Positions 36,080 through 50,073 of a stretch of 64,000 nt of DNA are shown piece by piece. The first letter of the stretch is position 1. The number at the start of each line of letters is the position of its first letter. Both the position numbers and the translations under genes were made by a program. The DNA lies in contig CP086569.2 in the NCBI GenBank assembly GCA_009914755.4, forward strand, positions 8,320,001 to 8,384,000, read 5' to 3'. The notes under the pieces were generated by a model. That model did no database searches. It was not told the origin of the DNA and worked only from the letters and a program-made list of their open reading frames with translations. This DNA is from the human T2T-CHM13v2.0 reference genome, Homo sapiens.

Positions 36080-38644
36080 ATGAAGTTGTGGGACCCCATC
36101 CACCCCTCACCAGATTGTATCCTCACCCCTATCTGACCTTTTTCCTGCTGACACTCCTTGTCCCAGGATGAAATCTTAAAATGATGGAGAAGTGAGGCTT
36201 CATGAGGTGAAACATCTGCTCGACAGGGAACTCAAGTCGAGGTAAATTCAAGGGGCCCTGCCAACAGAACTCCTTGTGTTGGACTCTCCCTGTGTTAGCC
36301 ATAGGGCTATAAAACATGGAAAGACGTGGGGTTTTTGGCGTGGTGTGCTCGTCTTCTTTCTAGAACAGTGGTTTGTTTTTTTTTGTTTGTTTGTTTTTTT
36401 TGGTTTTTTTTGTTGTTGTTGTTGTTTTGGTTTTTTTTTTTTTTTTTTTTTTGCAGAAGCAGCTGATTTGGATGCTAGCAGTTTCCAGCCTGTTTCCCAA
36501 TTCACTGCAGATTCATGATCCACATAAAAATAAAGAACAAGGAGCCCTGCATCCCAAGGAGACCTACATAGACAGGCCACCAAAACATGGTGAGACTTAA
36601 AAACAGAAGTGCTGAAGTAAGTTAGCCACATTCCTTTAAGCAGACTACATTTACATGCACACACACACAAATACAAAAACACACAATGCCTCACACATAT
36701 GCACACATCCGACATTCACAATTCTCCCACAGAAACACACAGCCCACCAGCTCCTGAGGCTGTGTGGTTCTGCAAGAAGCCCCATCTGAAAGAGAGCAAC
36801 CCCAGTTAACAGTCAGGCTATACCTAGAAATCACAGCAGACCAAGTTTCAAAAATATTCACCCCTGCAACATCTAGGCATGCCTGAGGAATTCTGCAGAT
36901 TTTTTGGATCCTTAGAGTTTTGTAGCTTATTCCTGGTGCTTTGCCTGATGTTTCTTCAGTGTGGCTCATGTCTTCTATTTTCTAGGACAATGGGACCATC
37001 CCGTGGATCTCACAGATAAGACAGGGCAGAGTCCACACTGACACACCTCCACGGAGGTCTCCATCTCTGCCAATTAGCAGGGACTTGTCGCTAGGCAATG
37101 CTGACATTCATTGTGACTCTAGCCAGAACTCACAATCAAGTCAGGTGCCCTGAGAATACCACATGCCCATTTATGAGGTAGGCTAGGGTCCCTGGCTGTT
37201 GGAGCTGTCAGCCTGACTAAATAGAGGAAAATGTACCAGGAAAAGCTGGCCCAGTATCCTGAAACAGGCTGTCTGTGAAAACCCACTGCAGGACACTAAA
37301 AGTCTAGACTAATATCCCCTTCTGGCCACCTCCGTGGTCAGGCCCCACTGGAGGAGGAGGTGTTTAAAGAATGTGAGTTGGTCGCTGGAAACTGCTGCTC
37401 TGATTCCAGTCCCAAAAGAGGCTGTGTGCAAAAATCAGGTTCCATGTGGATTGGAATACTGTCTGGTGTATTGTGTGGTGTTCTTTGGGTGATAGAATCA
37501 TATCTGAGACCCGAGAGGCAGGTGTCAGTGACAGATGGCCAGGCTCTTGACCTCAATGCCTCCTGTGATCCTAGGCCTCACAGGGGCTCTCTGGGTGAAA
37601 CAGGAACCATTACAAATTCAAGCCCAAGATGGAACAGTGTTCTCATACCTCGGACTGGCCTCTCTTGGGTACAGATGAGGTTGAATCCATGTCTCAGAGT
37701 CCATCTGTGGCCATGGCAAGCCTGAAAAAGGTGCCCAGTAGTGCTATTGAGGGGCACTGTGGATTCCCCATAAAAGTAAAGAAAAATCAAGACTTGTCTG
37801 AGAGAACAAGCTAACTTATTCAACTTGTTCTGGAGTCCAAGCCATGTTCCATGATTCTTGTCAGAGTAACAGAAAGCCTCCTGCAAAGTGCAAACAATCT
37901 CAGCACCTGCAAGGAGACAATGACCCACGACTTGAAAACCAGCCAGCCTATCCAAACTCCCTTTCATTCTCTGAAGTCCCTGACAGATAAATAGTCTAGG
38001 GTGATAGGCATTCCCATCCAGCAACAGCTCAATAAAAAATCCCCTCCACATTGAGACGGTAGTGCAGATTAAATGAAACAGAGGTTAGATCAGCAGGCAA
38101 AGGCCAGGCATGGCTGCCTGCTTCTCATTCTACAGGAATCATGCTGCCCTTTGATAGAAATGGGAGACAAAGTTTCCTTGTTTGTGACTGTAATGGGAAT
38201 TTATGGTTTTAAAATTATTGAAGTTGCCCAGTCATTAAAACATGACAGTGTTTAGAAGGAAACACTCAGGCAATGGATTCCTATGAGGGACACGCCCCAT
38301 CAACTGGGTAATGTTTAGTGTGGAAGTAGTTGAGCCAGAAGCAGGAAGCAATATGGCAACGAGAATCATGGAAGTCTAAAAAAAAAGAAAAAATGAGGCA
38401 AGTCTGGTGGTCACATACCATCCAGCATCAATCCATTCCACTTTTATTTGGCTCCAGGTATGAGAGTGCTTGTATGAGATGTTTGCCAGTATGGCCTGAA
38501 TTTGCACTCCAAATCTTCCTAGAGTGTTGGAATACTCTCACCTGAATATCAGGCCATGGTGTGGACTGCTTGTACAATTAAGGGAATGCGAGGATGAAGC
38601 TGGAAGCACCTTCTGTGTCATCTTTTTTATTTTTATTTTTGCAG
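36080..38644 (+). repeat. Unit B12 (2565 bp; T-rich tract expanded to ~80 bp)
   Basis: Landmark ttggcag|atgaagttgtgggacccc at 36076. (GTTT)n/T(n) at 36371-36452. Confidence 0.75.
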
Positions 38645-41110
38645 GTGAAGTTGTGGGTTCACATACACCCCTCACCAGACTTTATCCTCACCCCTATCTT
38701 ACCTTATTGCTGTTCACACTCTAGTTCCTGGGATGAAATCCCAAGATGATGGAGAATTGCCCCCTCATGACATGAAACACCTGCTCCAGTGGGAACAAAA
38801 CTCGATGTAAAGTCAAGGGGCCCAACGGACTGGACTGCTAGTGTTTGTCCCTGGTTTGGCCACAGGACAATGAAACACTTGAAGATGTCTCTTTTTTGGT
38901 GTGGTGTGCAGCTGCTTTTTCTAGAAGAGTGGCTTTTATTTTTTATTTATTTATTTATTTTAGCAGTGGGAGGTGATGTAAGTAAACACCTGCAGGTCTC
39001 AGGCCGCCTCCCAATTTACAGTAGATTTATGATCCACATAAAAATAATAAACAAGGAGCCCCACAGCTCAAGCCAAGCCGCATGGACAGGTCATCAACTA
39101 AAGGGTTGGTGACTCAAAAAAAAAAAAAAGGAAGAAGTGATTACACACACACACACACACATACACGATGCCACACAGACATGCGGACATTCAACATTAG
39201 CAACTCTCTGACAGAAACACAGCCCAGCAACTCCCTTGGCTGTGTGTTTCTGCAGGAAACCCCACCTCAAGAGAGCCAACCTAAGGTACAGAGGCAGGCT
39301 AGAAATCTGACTGTGGCAAGTTTCAAAAAGACTCATATCTACAACCCCTAGGCAGGCCAAGGAATCCTGCAGATTTTTTGTGTCCTTAATGATTCCACAA
39401 TTTATTCCTGGGGTTGTATTTGACGTTTCTTCAGGCTGGCTCTTGTCTGCCCTCTCTTGGGATCATGGAACTATCCCATCTATCCCAAAGAAGATAGGCA
39501 AGAGTTCGCAGCCAATGCAACTCAACGGAAGTGACCTTCTCCTCCAAGCCACAGAGACTTGGCACCAGGCAACAATAACATCAATTGTGATGCTACCCAG
39601 GGCTCACAAACAGTCCTGGTGCCCTGAGACTAGTGCATGTGCATTCGTGAGGCAGGATCTGGTGCCAGGCTTCAGAGCTTTCAGCCTGCCTAAGCAGTGG
39701 GAAATGGTATGGGCAGAGCCAGCCTGGCATAGGGCAAAAGGTGGCCTGTGAAAACCCACTATGGGACACTAAACTTCTCGACCTCAGGGCCCCTTCAGAC
39801 CATTTACATGGTCGGGTCTCACAGGAGGAGAAAATATTTTGAGACTCTGAGGTGGTCACTGGAAAAGCTTCTTCTGACTTCATTTCCAAAAAAGGCTGTG
39901 TGTGAGAATCTGGTTCCACAGAGATTGGAATATAGTACCGTATTGGAATTGTTGTGTTGTTGAAGGTTCTTTGGGTGATAGAATCATACCTGAGACCACA
40001 TGTGTGGATGTCAGTGAAAGATGGCTGGGCTCTTGACCTCACCATCTCCATTCATCCTTGACATCACAGAGGCTTTCTGGGAAATGTAGGAGCCACGACG
40101 AAGGGAAGTTCAATGCAGAATCATGTTCTCACATCTCATATCATCCTCTAACAGTTACAGATAAGGTTTAGACAGTGTTTCAGATGCCGTCTGTAGAGAC
40201 GGCAAGCATGTAAATAATGTCCATTAGTTCTGTTGAGGGGCATTTTCGATTCCTGTGAGAGGGAAGAAAAATCAAGGCTCACCTGAAGGAAACAGCTGCC
40301 TTGTGCTGGAGTCCATGCAATGTTCAGTGATTTCTTTCAGAAGACCCAAAAGCCTTCAGAAAAGTGCAAACGTCAGCCCCTGCTATGAGACAACGATCCA
40401 CAACCTGGAGCACAGACTGATTAATAAAAGTCCCTTTTCCTCTCTGAAATCTCTGGCAGCTACATAATCTGTGGCAAGAGACAGTCCCATTGAGCAACAC
40501 TTCAATGAATGCACCCCTCCAAATTGAGAAGGCCATGAAGATGAAATGAAATAGTCTAGATTCCCAGGTAAAAGACTGACACAACTGCCTGCTTCTCATC
40601 CAAAAGAAATCATGCAGCTCTTCAATATGTAAGAGAGAACAAGTTTCCTTTTGGTGGCTGTAATGGGAATATACAGTTTTGAATGTATCAAACTTTCCAG
40701 TCATTAAAGCATGACAGTGTTTAGAAGGAAACATTCATGCAATAGATTAACATGAGTGTTGTTATCCATGAACTGGGAAATATTAAGTATTGAAGTCGTT
40801 AGGCCAGACCCAGGAAACCCTAGGACAATGAGAATCATGGAAGTTCTAAAAAGAAGAGGCAAGTCTTAAAGCCACATCCCACAAAGCATCAATCCATTCC
40901 ACTCACATTTGGCTTCAAGTATGAAAGGCCCCAAATCCTCAGTTTGCCAGGATAGCCCCAATTTGCACTTCAAATGTTACTTGTACATTGGAGTACTCCC
41001 ACCTGAACACTGAGCCAGGTTGTGGACTGCTTGTGCAATTAAGAGAATGGGGGGTGGATGTGGAAGCACCTTCTGTGTCATCTGTCTTTATTTATTTATT
41101 TATTTTGCAG
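38645..41110 (+). repeat. Unit B13 (2466 bp)
   Basis: Landmark gcag|gtgaagttgtgggttcac at 38641. (TTTA)n at 38939-38966, (CA)n at 39146-39171. Confidence 0.75.
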
Positions 41111-43636
41111 ATGAAGTTGCAAGACATCTTCTACCCCTCAACAGACTGTATCTTCACCTCTATCTGACCTTATTGCTGCTCACATTATTTGTCTCAAGAT
41201 AAAATCCCAAAACTCTGGAGGGGTGCTGCCTCACAAGATGCATCACCTGCTCAGTTGGGAACCAAATTTGAGGTAAATTCAAGGTGCCCTGCTGACAGGA
41301 CTGCTGTGTCTCTTCCTGTGTTGGCCTTAGGGATATGAAACACAGAGACATGTCTGTTTTTTTTTAATATGGTGTGCTCCTCTTATTTCTAGAACAGTTT
41401 TTGTTGTTGTTGTTGTTGTTTGTTTTGTTGTTTTTGTTTTTTCTTCAGAGGGAGTTTATTTGGATGCTAGCGATTCCAGACTTACATCCTAATTCACTGC
41501 AGATTCATGATCCACATAAAAATAAAGAACACAGAGCAGTGAAGACCATGCAGAGTCACACAGACAGGCCACCAAAAGGTGTGGAGACTTATAAAAAAAG
41601 AAGTGCTGAAGTGCGTTAGCCACATTTTTTTAAGCAGATTCCAGTAACAGACAGACACACACACACAGAAGACACAAAAACATAATGCCTCTCTCACACA
41701 CACACACACACACACGTCAGACATTTGGAACATTCCCATAGAAACACTCAGCCTGGCATCTTGTGATGTGGCGTGGTTCTGCAGGAAGCCCCATCTGGGA
41801 GAGAATAACCCTGAGAAACATAGACGGGCTGCTCCTAGAAATAATAGTAGGGTAATTTTCATAATGACTCACACCTACAATGTCTAGGCAGGCTTAATAA
41901 CCCTGCAGATCTTCTCAGATCCTTAGCAATTTTGTGGTTTATTCCTGGGGCTCTGCTTGACATTCAGGCTGGCTCATGTATACTTCTTCTTAGAACAATG
42001 GGACAATCCCATGGATCCCACAGAGAAGACAGGGGAGAATTCACCACTGACACACCTCTACGGAGGTCTCTATCTCTGCCAAGCCACAGGGAATTTTCAC
42101 TACGCAAGAGTGGCATTCATTGTGACACTAACAAGAGCTGACAATCAGGCCAGGTGCCCTGGGACTAGCACATGCACATTCATGAGGTAGGCTAGAGCCC
42201 CTGGCTGACAGAGCCGTCAGCATGCCTAAGCAGAGAAAAATGTTACAGGCAAAGCCGGCCTGGTGTCAGAAAACAGGCCGCCTGTGAAAACCCACTGTCA
42301 GACACTAAAAGTCTAGATCTCAGGACCTATTCTGACCATCTCCATGGTAAGGTCTCACTGGAGGAGGAGCTGTTTTGAGGCTGTGAAGTGGTCGCTAGAA
42401 AGTACTCTTCTGACTCCATTCCCAAAAGAGGCTGTGTGCAATAATCGGGTCCCCTGTGGATTGAAATACAGTCTGGTGTAGTGTAGAGGGTTCCTTGGGT
42501 GATAGAATCATACCTGAGGCCACAGAAGTGGGTGTCAACAAAAGATGGCCAGGCTCTTTATCTCAATGACTCCCTTGATCCTGGTCCTCACCAGGACTAT
42601 CTGGGAAAAGCAGAAACCAAGACAAATGCAAGTCCAATGTGGAGCAGTGTTCTCATACTGTGAACTGGCCTCTCACAGATAAAGATGAGTTTGAGTCAGT
42701 ACCTCAGAGTCCACCTGTGGCCATGGCAAGCCTGAAAAGTGTGTCCAGTAGTGCTGTTGAGGGGCACTGTGGATTCCTCTTGAAAGCATAGAAAAGTCAA
42801 GGCTCACCTGAGAGAATGAGCTAAATTGTTCTGGAGTCCAAGCAAAATTCAATGATTCCTGTTAAAGGGCCCAAAACCTCCTGCAATGTGCAAACCACTT
42901 CAGCCCCCACAAGGAAACAACAACCGCAACCTGGAATGCAGCCAGCCTATCCAAGATCCCTTCCACTCTCTGAAATTCCTGACAGCTAAATAATCTGTTG
43001 CTAGAGGCAGTCCCATCAAGCAACAGCTCAATGAAAGAGCCCCTCCACAATGAAACGGCCATGTAGATGCAATGATAGAGGCTAGATTACCAGGCAATGG
43101 ACAGATATGCCTGCCTCCTTCGCATCCTACAGAAATCGTGCAGCCCTTAGATAGAAATAGGAGACAACATTTACTTGTTTGTGGCTCTAATGGGTATTTA
43201 TAGTTTTAAAAGTATCAAAGCTTCCCAGTCATTAGAATTTGACAATGTTTAGAAGGAAACACTCAGGCAATGGATTTCCATTTGTGTTGCTCCCTGTTAA
43301 CTGGGTAACGTTTATTGCTGAATTCCTTGAGCTAGAATCAGGAAACCCTAGGGTGATCAGAATCACGGAAGTTAGAAAAAGAATAGGAAAGTCTGTAAGC
43401 CACATCCCACCAAGAATCAATTCATTCCACTTCCATTTGGCTATGGGTATGAAAGCCCTCAAATCGGGAGTTTGCCATGAAGGTCCCTATTTGCACTCCT
43501 AATGTTCCTAGCATGTTAGAGTACTCTCACCTGAACACCGGCCCATAGAGTGGACTGCTTGTGCAATTAAGTGAGTGCGGAGATGGAGTTGGAATCACCT
43601 TCTGTGTCATCTGTCTTTATTTATTTATTTTGAAGT
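41111..43636 (+). repeat. Unit B14 (2526 bp)
   Basis: Landmark ttttgcag|atgaagttgcaagacatc at 41107. (TTG)n at 41401-41450, (CA)n at 41655-41716. Confidence 0.75.
41655..41716. repeat. (CA)n dinucleotide microsatellite (per-unit (CA)n/(GT)n block; longest copy)
   Basis: acacacacacacagaagacacaaaaacataatgcctctctcacacacacacacacacacac. Homologous (GT)n blocks in block A are at 1258, 3058, 5578, 8062 and 10515. Homologous (CA)n blocks in block B include 12456, 18848, 21318, 29566, 30905, 31945, 39146 and 57540. Confidence 0.9.
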
Positions 43637-43920
43637 TAAAGTTGCAGGACCAGATACACCCCTCATCAGATTTTATCCTCACTTCTTTCTGAACTTATTC
43701 CTGCTCACACTATATATCCCAGTATAAAATCCCAAGATGATGAAAGGGTGCCCCTCATGATGTGAAGCTCCTGCTTGGCTGGGAACCGAATTCAATGTAA
43801 ATTCAAGGGGCCCTATGGACAGGAATGCTAGAGTCTCTCCCTGGTTTGGCTGCAGGACAATGAAATACTGGGAGATGTCTGTTTTTTGGTGTGGTGTGCT
43901 TCTCTTCTTTCTAGAATTGT

Positions 43921-43965
<45 letters not shown>

Positions 43966-46118
43966 AGAGGGAGGTGAATTAAACTCCAGTGGGTCTCGGC
44001 CTGCCTCACAATGCACTGTGTATTCATGGTCCACAGAAAAATAGAGAACTTGGAGACTGGCAGCCCAAGCAGAGCCAAAAAAACAGGCCATCTAAAGGCT
44101 TGGTGACTCAAAAAAACAGAAGCGATGAAGTGCATTAGCCACATTCATTTAAGCAGACACCACTTATAGTTACACATACACACACAAAAACACACAATGT
44201 CACACAAACATGCAGACATCCAATATTTGCAACATTCCCACAGAAACATATAGCATGGCAACTTCTGAGGCAGTGTGCTTCTGCAGGAAGCCCCAGGTGG
44301 GAGACAGCAACTAAGGGGAACACAGGCATGCTATACCTACAAATCACAGTAGGTCAAGTTTTAAAATGACTCACCACTACAATGTCTAGGCAGGCCTGAG
44401 TAATTTTGCAGATTTCTTTGCATCCTTAGGGATTTCACAATTTATTTTTGGAATTGTGCTTGATGTTTCTTCAGACTCTCATGCCTGTCTTCCCTTGGGA
44501 TCATGGGACTATCTCGTCTATCTTACAGAGAAGAGAGGTAGGAGTCCATGGCATACACAACTACACAGAGGTCTCCCTCTTCTCCAAGCCACAGGGACTG
44601 GGCCCTAGGCAACAATGACAATAATTGTGACACTACCCAGAGATAGCAGTCAGACCTGGTTCCCTGTCAGAGCTGACAGCCTGCCTAAGCAGTAAGAAAT
44701 GGTACAGGCAGAGCCAGCTTGATATCAAGAAAAAGGAGACCTGCAAAAACCTACAGTGAGAGACTAAAAGTCTAGACCTCAGGACTCCTTTAGATGGTTT
44801 CCATGGTCGGGTCTTGCTGGAGGAGGAATGGTTTTGAGACTCTAAGGTGGTCACGGAAACTGTTCTGACTTCATTCCCAAAACATGTTGCTTGCGAGAAT
44901 CGGGTATTGTGGGGATTGGAATATAGTATGGTGTGTTGTTGAGGGTTCTTTGGGTGATAGAATCATACTTCCCAAAGTTGGAAGTCAGCGAAAGATGGCC
45001 AAGCCCTTGGCCTCACAGCCTCCCTTCATCCTAGGCCTTGCAGAGGCTTTCTGGGAAAAGTAGGAACCAACACAAAGGCAAGTCCAATGTGAAGCAGTGT
45101 TCTCACACCTCATATTGTCCTCTCACAGGTGCAGATGAGGTTTATACAGTGTCTCAGATGCTGTCTATAGAATGGCAAGCCTGAAAAATATGTCCATTAG
45201 TTCTGTTGAGGGGCACTGTGGATTCCACATGAAAGCACCAATAAAAATAAATAAATAAACAAGGCTTGCCTGAGAGAATGAGCTGCCTTCTGCTGGACTC
45301 TAAGCAGTGTTCAATGAATCCTGTTAGAAGACCCATAACCCTCCTGCGAAGTGCAAACAAATTCAGCCCCCACAACAAGATAATGACCCACGATGTGGCT
45401 TGGAGCCAGCCAAATGGAAGTCCCTTTTGCTGTCTGAAATTTCTGGCAGCTACATAATCTGTGGCAACTGGCAGTCCCCTTCCAGCAACAGTTCAATGAA
45501 AGCGCCCCTCCAAAATGAAAAGGCTGAGCAGATGAAATGAAACAAAGTCTAGATTGCCAGGTAAAAGCCTGATATGGCTGCCTGCTTCTCATCCTACATG
45601 AATCACGCACCCCTCAGATAGATGTGAGATAACAAATTTCCTTTTGGTGGCTCTAAAGGGAATATACGGTCTTAAAGTATCAATCTTCCCAGTCATTAAA
45701 ACATGACAATGTTCAGAAGGAAACACTCATGCAATTTCCCATGAGGATCGTTCTCCATGAACTGGGAAACATTTAAGGTGGTAGTCATTGGGCCAGACTT
45801 AGGAAACCCTAAAGCAATTAGAATCATGGAAGTCACAAAAACAAAAGGCATGTCTAGAAGTCACAGCCACATCCCACCCAGCATCAATCCATTCCACTCA
45901 CATTTGCCTCCAGGTATGAAAACCCACAAATGAGTAGTTTGCCAGTATGGCCCCTATTTGTACTCTGAATGTTCTTGTGCATTGGAGTACTCCCACCTGA
46001 ACACTGAGCCATTGTGTGGATTTCTTTTGCAATTAAGGGAATGTGGGGATGAAGTTGGAAGCAACTTTTTTGTCATCTGTCTTTATTTATTTATTTATTA
46101 TTTATTTATTTATTGCAG
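43637..46118 (+). repeat. Unit B15 (2482 bp; acceptor-like AG mutated to tgaag|ttaaag)
   Basis: Landmark ttttgaag|ttaaagttgcaggacc at 43631. T49 at 43925-43973. Confidence 0.75.
43925..43973. repeat. T49 homopolymer. This is the longest copy of the per-unit hypervariable T-rich microsatellite located just 5' of ...gcag(a/g)gg(a/g)aggtgatttggatgctgg
   Basis: An uninterrupted run of T is visible. The homologous site elsewhere is (TTTTG)n at 14543, T23 at 16977, (GTTTTT)n at 23481, (TTG)n at 41401 and 33297, (GTTT)n/T(n) at 36371, and (TTTA)n at 18600, 38939 and 46084. Confidence 0.9.
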
Positions 46119-48403
46119 GTGAAGTTGCAAGACCCCATCCACCCCTCACTACATTGTATCCTCATTCCTATCTGATCTTATTGCTGCTCACACTCTATAT
46201 CCCAGGATAAAATCCCAAGACAATGGAGGAGTACCTCCTGAGGATGTGAAGCACCTGCTTGACTCAGAACTGAATTTGAGGTAAATTTAAGGGGCCCAAT
46301 CAACAGGACTGCTAGTGTCTCTCCCTGTGTTGACTGTAGGAATATGAAACACGGGCATGTCTGTCTTTTGGCATGATGTGTTCTTATTCCTTTTCTAGAA
46401 GAGTGGCTTTTGTTTGTTTTGTTTTGTTTTCTGATTTGTTTTTTTGCTTTTGCAGAAGGAGTTGATTTGGACACATTCAACTAAAAATAAAAAATAAAGA
46501 ACATCATGCCCCACAACCCAAGCAGAGCCACATATGCAGGCCACCAAAAGCTGGGGAGACTCCAAAAAAAAGTGCTAAAGTGCTTTACCCACATTCCTTT
46601 AAGCTGACTCCACTTACATTCACACACACAAACACAAACACACACATACACAAAGAGTAACCTTGAAAAACACTGGTGGGCTATACCAGGAAGTCACAGT
46701 AGCACAAGTTTCAAAAAGACTCACCTTTACAACATCTAGGCAGGCCTGAGGAATCCTGCAGATCTTCTTGGATTCTTAGGGATTTCATGGTTTATTCCTC
46801 AGGCTCTGTTTGACATTTCTTGAGGCTGGCTCATGTCTGCCCTCTCCTAGGATCATGGATCAAACCCATGGATCCCACAGAGAAGACAGGTGAGTCCAAC
46901 ACCAATGCACCTCCACAGACATCTTCTCTGCCAAGCCACAGGGACTTGTCTCTTGGCAACGGTGACATTCATTGTGATGCTAACCAGTGCTCACAATCAG
47001 GCCTAGTCCCCTCAAACTAGCACATGTCCATTTCTGAGGCAGACTCAGGAGTCAGGCTTTGAGAGCTGTCAGCCTGCCTAAGCAGAGGAAAGTGGTACAG
47101 CCAAACCCATCCTGGTATCAGGAAAAAAGCTGCCTGTGAAAATCCACTGCTCAGGGCCTTTTTGGGTGGACCCCATGGTTGAATCCTGCTGTGTCAGGAG
47201 GCATTTGAAGACTATGAGGTTGTCTCTGGAAACTGCTCTTCTGACTCCACTCCTGAAAAACGCTGTGTGCAAGAATCAGGTCCAATGGGAATTGGAATAT
47301 TGTCTGGTGTGCTGTTGCATGTTCTTTGGGTGATAGAATCATACCTCAGACCTCAGAAGCTATTGTCAGTGAAAGATGGCCAGGTTGTTGACCTCACTGC
47401 TCCCCTTCATCTGGGCCTCACAGAGGCTTTCTAAGAAAGGCAGGAACCAGGACAATGGCAAGTCCAAGGTGAAGCGGTATTCTCACAACTTGGACTGGCC
47501 TCTTAGGCATGCAGGTGAGGTTGAGACCTGTCTCAGAGATTGTCTGTGTTGACGGCCAGGCTGAAAATGTTTCCAGTAGTGCAGTTGAGGGGCACAGTAG
47601 ATTCCTGATGAAAGCAAAGAAAGGCCAAGGCTCACATGAGAGAATGAGCTAACTGGTGCTGGGTCCAAGCAATGTTCAATGATGCCTCTTAAAGGACCCA
47701 AAAGTCCACTGCAAAGTGCAAACAGCCTCAGCCCTGGAAATGAGACAATCACCCGCATGCTGGAGCACAGCCAGCCTACCTGAAGTCCGTTTTGCTGTCT
47801 GAAATCCCTTCCAGCTAAATAATCTGTGGTAACAGGCAGCCCCACTCAGCAACAGCCCAATGAAAGAGGCTCTCCACAATGAGAAGGCCATGCAGATGAA
47901 ATGACACAGAGGCTAGATTACCAGGCCAAAGGTAGACATGGCTGCCTACTTCCCATGCTACGAGAATCATGCAGTCCACTAACACAAGTGGGAAAACAAG
48001 AGTTTCCTTGTTGGTGGCTGTAACAGAAATTTATGGTTTTAAATGTATCAAAGCTGTCCAGTCATTAAAATATGACAGTGTTTAGAATGAGACACTTATG
48101 CAATGGATTCCAGAAGTGCTGTTCTCTGTGAACTAGGAAAGGTTTATTGTGGAAGTCGTTGAGCCAGACCTGAGAAGCCCTAGGGCAAAGGGGAACATGG
48201 AAGTTAATATAAGAATAGCAAGTGTGGAGGCCACATTCCACCCAGTGTCAATATATTCCACTCCCATTTTGCTCTGGGCTTGAAAGCCCTCAAATCGGGA
48301 GTTTGACAGGATGGCCCCAATTTGCACTCCAAATATTCCTTGCATATTGGAGTACTCCCATCTGAACACTGGGACCTGGTTTGGACTTATTCTGCAATTA
48401 AGG
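46119..48403 (+). repeat. Unit B16 (5' 2285 bp; interrupted by the ERV provirus, last ~69 bp at 54566-54634)
   Basis: Landmark tattgcag|gtgaagttgcaagacccc at 46115. The host sequence stops at ...tctgcaattaagg (48403) and resumes at 54566 with aagagaatgtgaggtcagatttgctggaagcttctgtgtcatctgtc. Confidence 0.8.
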
Positions 48404-48785
48404 TGAGGAGAGAGATCATTTCTCTTACTGCCTCCTGTTTCTGAAGAGAAGGAGGAAGTAAAAGCTAAAAAAAACAACAGGAATGATAGCAGTGGCAAGA
48501 CCAGCTGGCACCACTAATGACCAGTCCTGAGGCTAAATGATTAACCCACCACTTTAACCACATTTGTATCTATAAATCTCAATTTATTATGCCCCTTTCC
48601 TGTAGAAGCCCTTAGAGTTCTAAGCCCTTAAAAGGGCCTGGAACTCTTTCTTCAGGGAGCTTGGTCCTTGAGACGTGGGTCTGCCAATGCTCCCAAACAA
48701 ATAGAGCCACTTTCTTCTTTTACCTGTTGTCTAAGTTTTTATTTTTGTTTTTGTTTTTGTTTTCCCCACCACTCGTACTGCTACA
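48404..48785 (+). repeat. ERV 5' LTR (~382 bp)
   Basis: Starts TG (tgaggagagagatcatttctcttactgcc) and ends ...ccactcgtactgctaCA. Homologous to 54205-54565. Confidence 0.8.
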
Positions 48786-48790
48786 TTTCT

Positions 48791-48808
48791 TGGTTCCCTG
48801 ACCTGGAA
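48791..48808 (+). promoter_or_regulatory. Retroviral primer-binding site complementary to the 3' end of tRNA-Glu
   Basis: tggttccctgacctggaa matches the canonical PBS-Glu TGGTTCCCTGACCGGGAA in 17 of 18 positions. It lies 5 nt downstream of the 5' LTR end. Confidence 0.7.
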
Positions 48809-50073
48809 ATGAGGTGATTAATGCACAATCAAGGCAGCCCCCAAGGCAGCTTAGGCTTGCCCTGCAACATATCCCTGTGGGTAACTCCAGCCAGCTTGAG
48901 TAACATGTATCCTGAGAGTGCTCCTGGTTAGATGTTTTCCCAGGTGGAACACTTCATCAGAGCAGTACACTGCAGGCCCCCACAAAGGATCAATACAGTG
49001 GCTGTACTCTGCGAATAAACTGGTTCTTGGAGTCCAGACATCTGGAATATGGTAGAAGGAGTCCTGGTAACTTGCTCACTCCATTTAAGTGGAAACATGG
49101 TCTGATTACCCACAATGTGTCCTTATCAACACTTTGGTATTGATTTTGATTTGGCTTGACTTGCTTGCAAAAAGGAAAAAGAAATTGAGTGAGTGCTTGA
49201 GTTTCAGATGGGAGAGATGAGTGACTGAACCCTTTACCCTTTCCTTCTTCTGATGTGTGTTGTCTTGACTCAGGAAGAAGATGGATGGAACATAAAGTAA
49301 GCCCACTCCGTTAGAAACTATGCTGAAAAATTTCAAGAAACCAGCAAAACTTAGAACTTTGTGTGAGATAGACTGGCTAGCTTCTGGCACTACAACAAAA
49401 CTTGAGGGTAAATAAACATTTAATTGGAATGAATCATAGAAAACTGATTAGAAGAATACTTGATGTTCATGATAATTGTGGTGCAAGACAGTTTTAAGTA
49501 TGTTTTTAGTATTTTTATAGTTCAGGAAGATATATTCTAGGAGCAGTTTTAGATGACTCTTATTTCTGTAGTAATATTCAATATAGTGTACCTGCTTTGT
49601 AGTCAGAAGAAGGCTAGAAGTTGAATTCAGGCATTTTCTTCCAATAAAGCTAATTATGGCTCATTCCCATTGACAAGGTGTAGATTTGGATTAGCAATTG
49701 TAATTACATCTGTGATTCTTAATTAATGATGTTAATTCAGAGATATGTAAAGTGCAAGTGAGCTTCTCTGCTGTCACTGGCCTTCCAACATTTTTATCCA
49801 GTGTTGTATTTGAAATTTCTGCTTCTGTAAATAAATTTTTGAAGATTACAAGTGGTTTGGTCATCAGAAGGAAGCCTGGATAGGTACCTTGTTTCAAAAG
49901 TGTGGCACAAGGTAACTGGTAAGCTGGGATACCCAGACCAGTTTCTGTACATAAATACTTGGTTACAGCTGGTTTTAGACCCCTCACAGTGGTTAAGAGG
50001 ACATGCAGCAGTAGTACTAGCAGCAAAGTGGCAGACAGCCAAAAAAGAATCCCACTCCATCCACTGAAGGGAA

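Noticed and set aside
48404-48785. Possibility that the 48.4-48.8 kb and 54.2-54.6 kb direct repeats are a local segmental duplication rather than LTRs
   Set aside because: The intervening sequence carries PBS-Glu right after the first repeat and a PPT right before the second. It also carries ordered gag, pro and pol motifs. This is the canonical provirus architecture.
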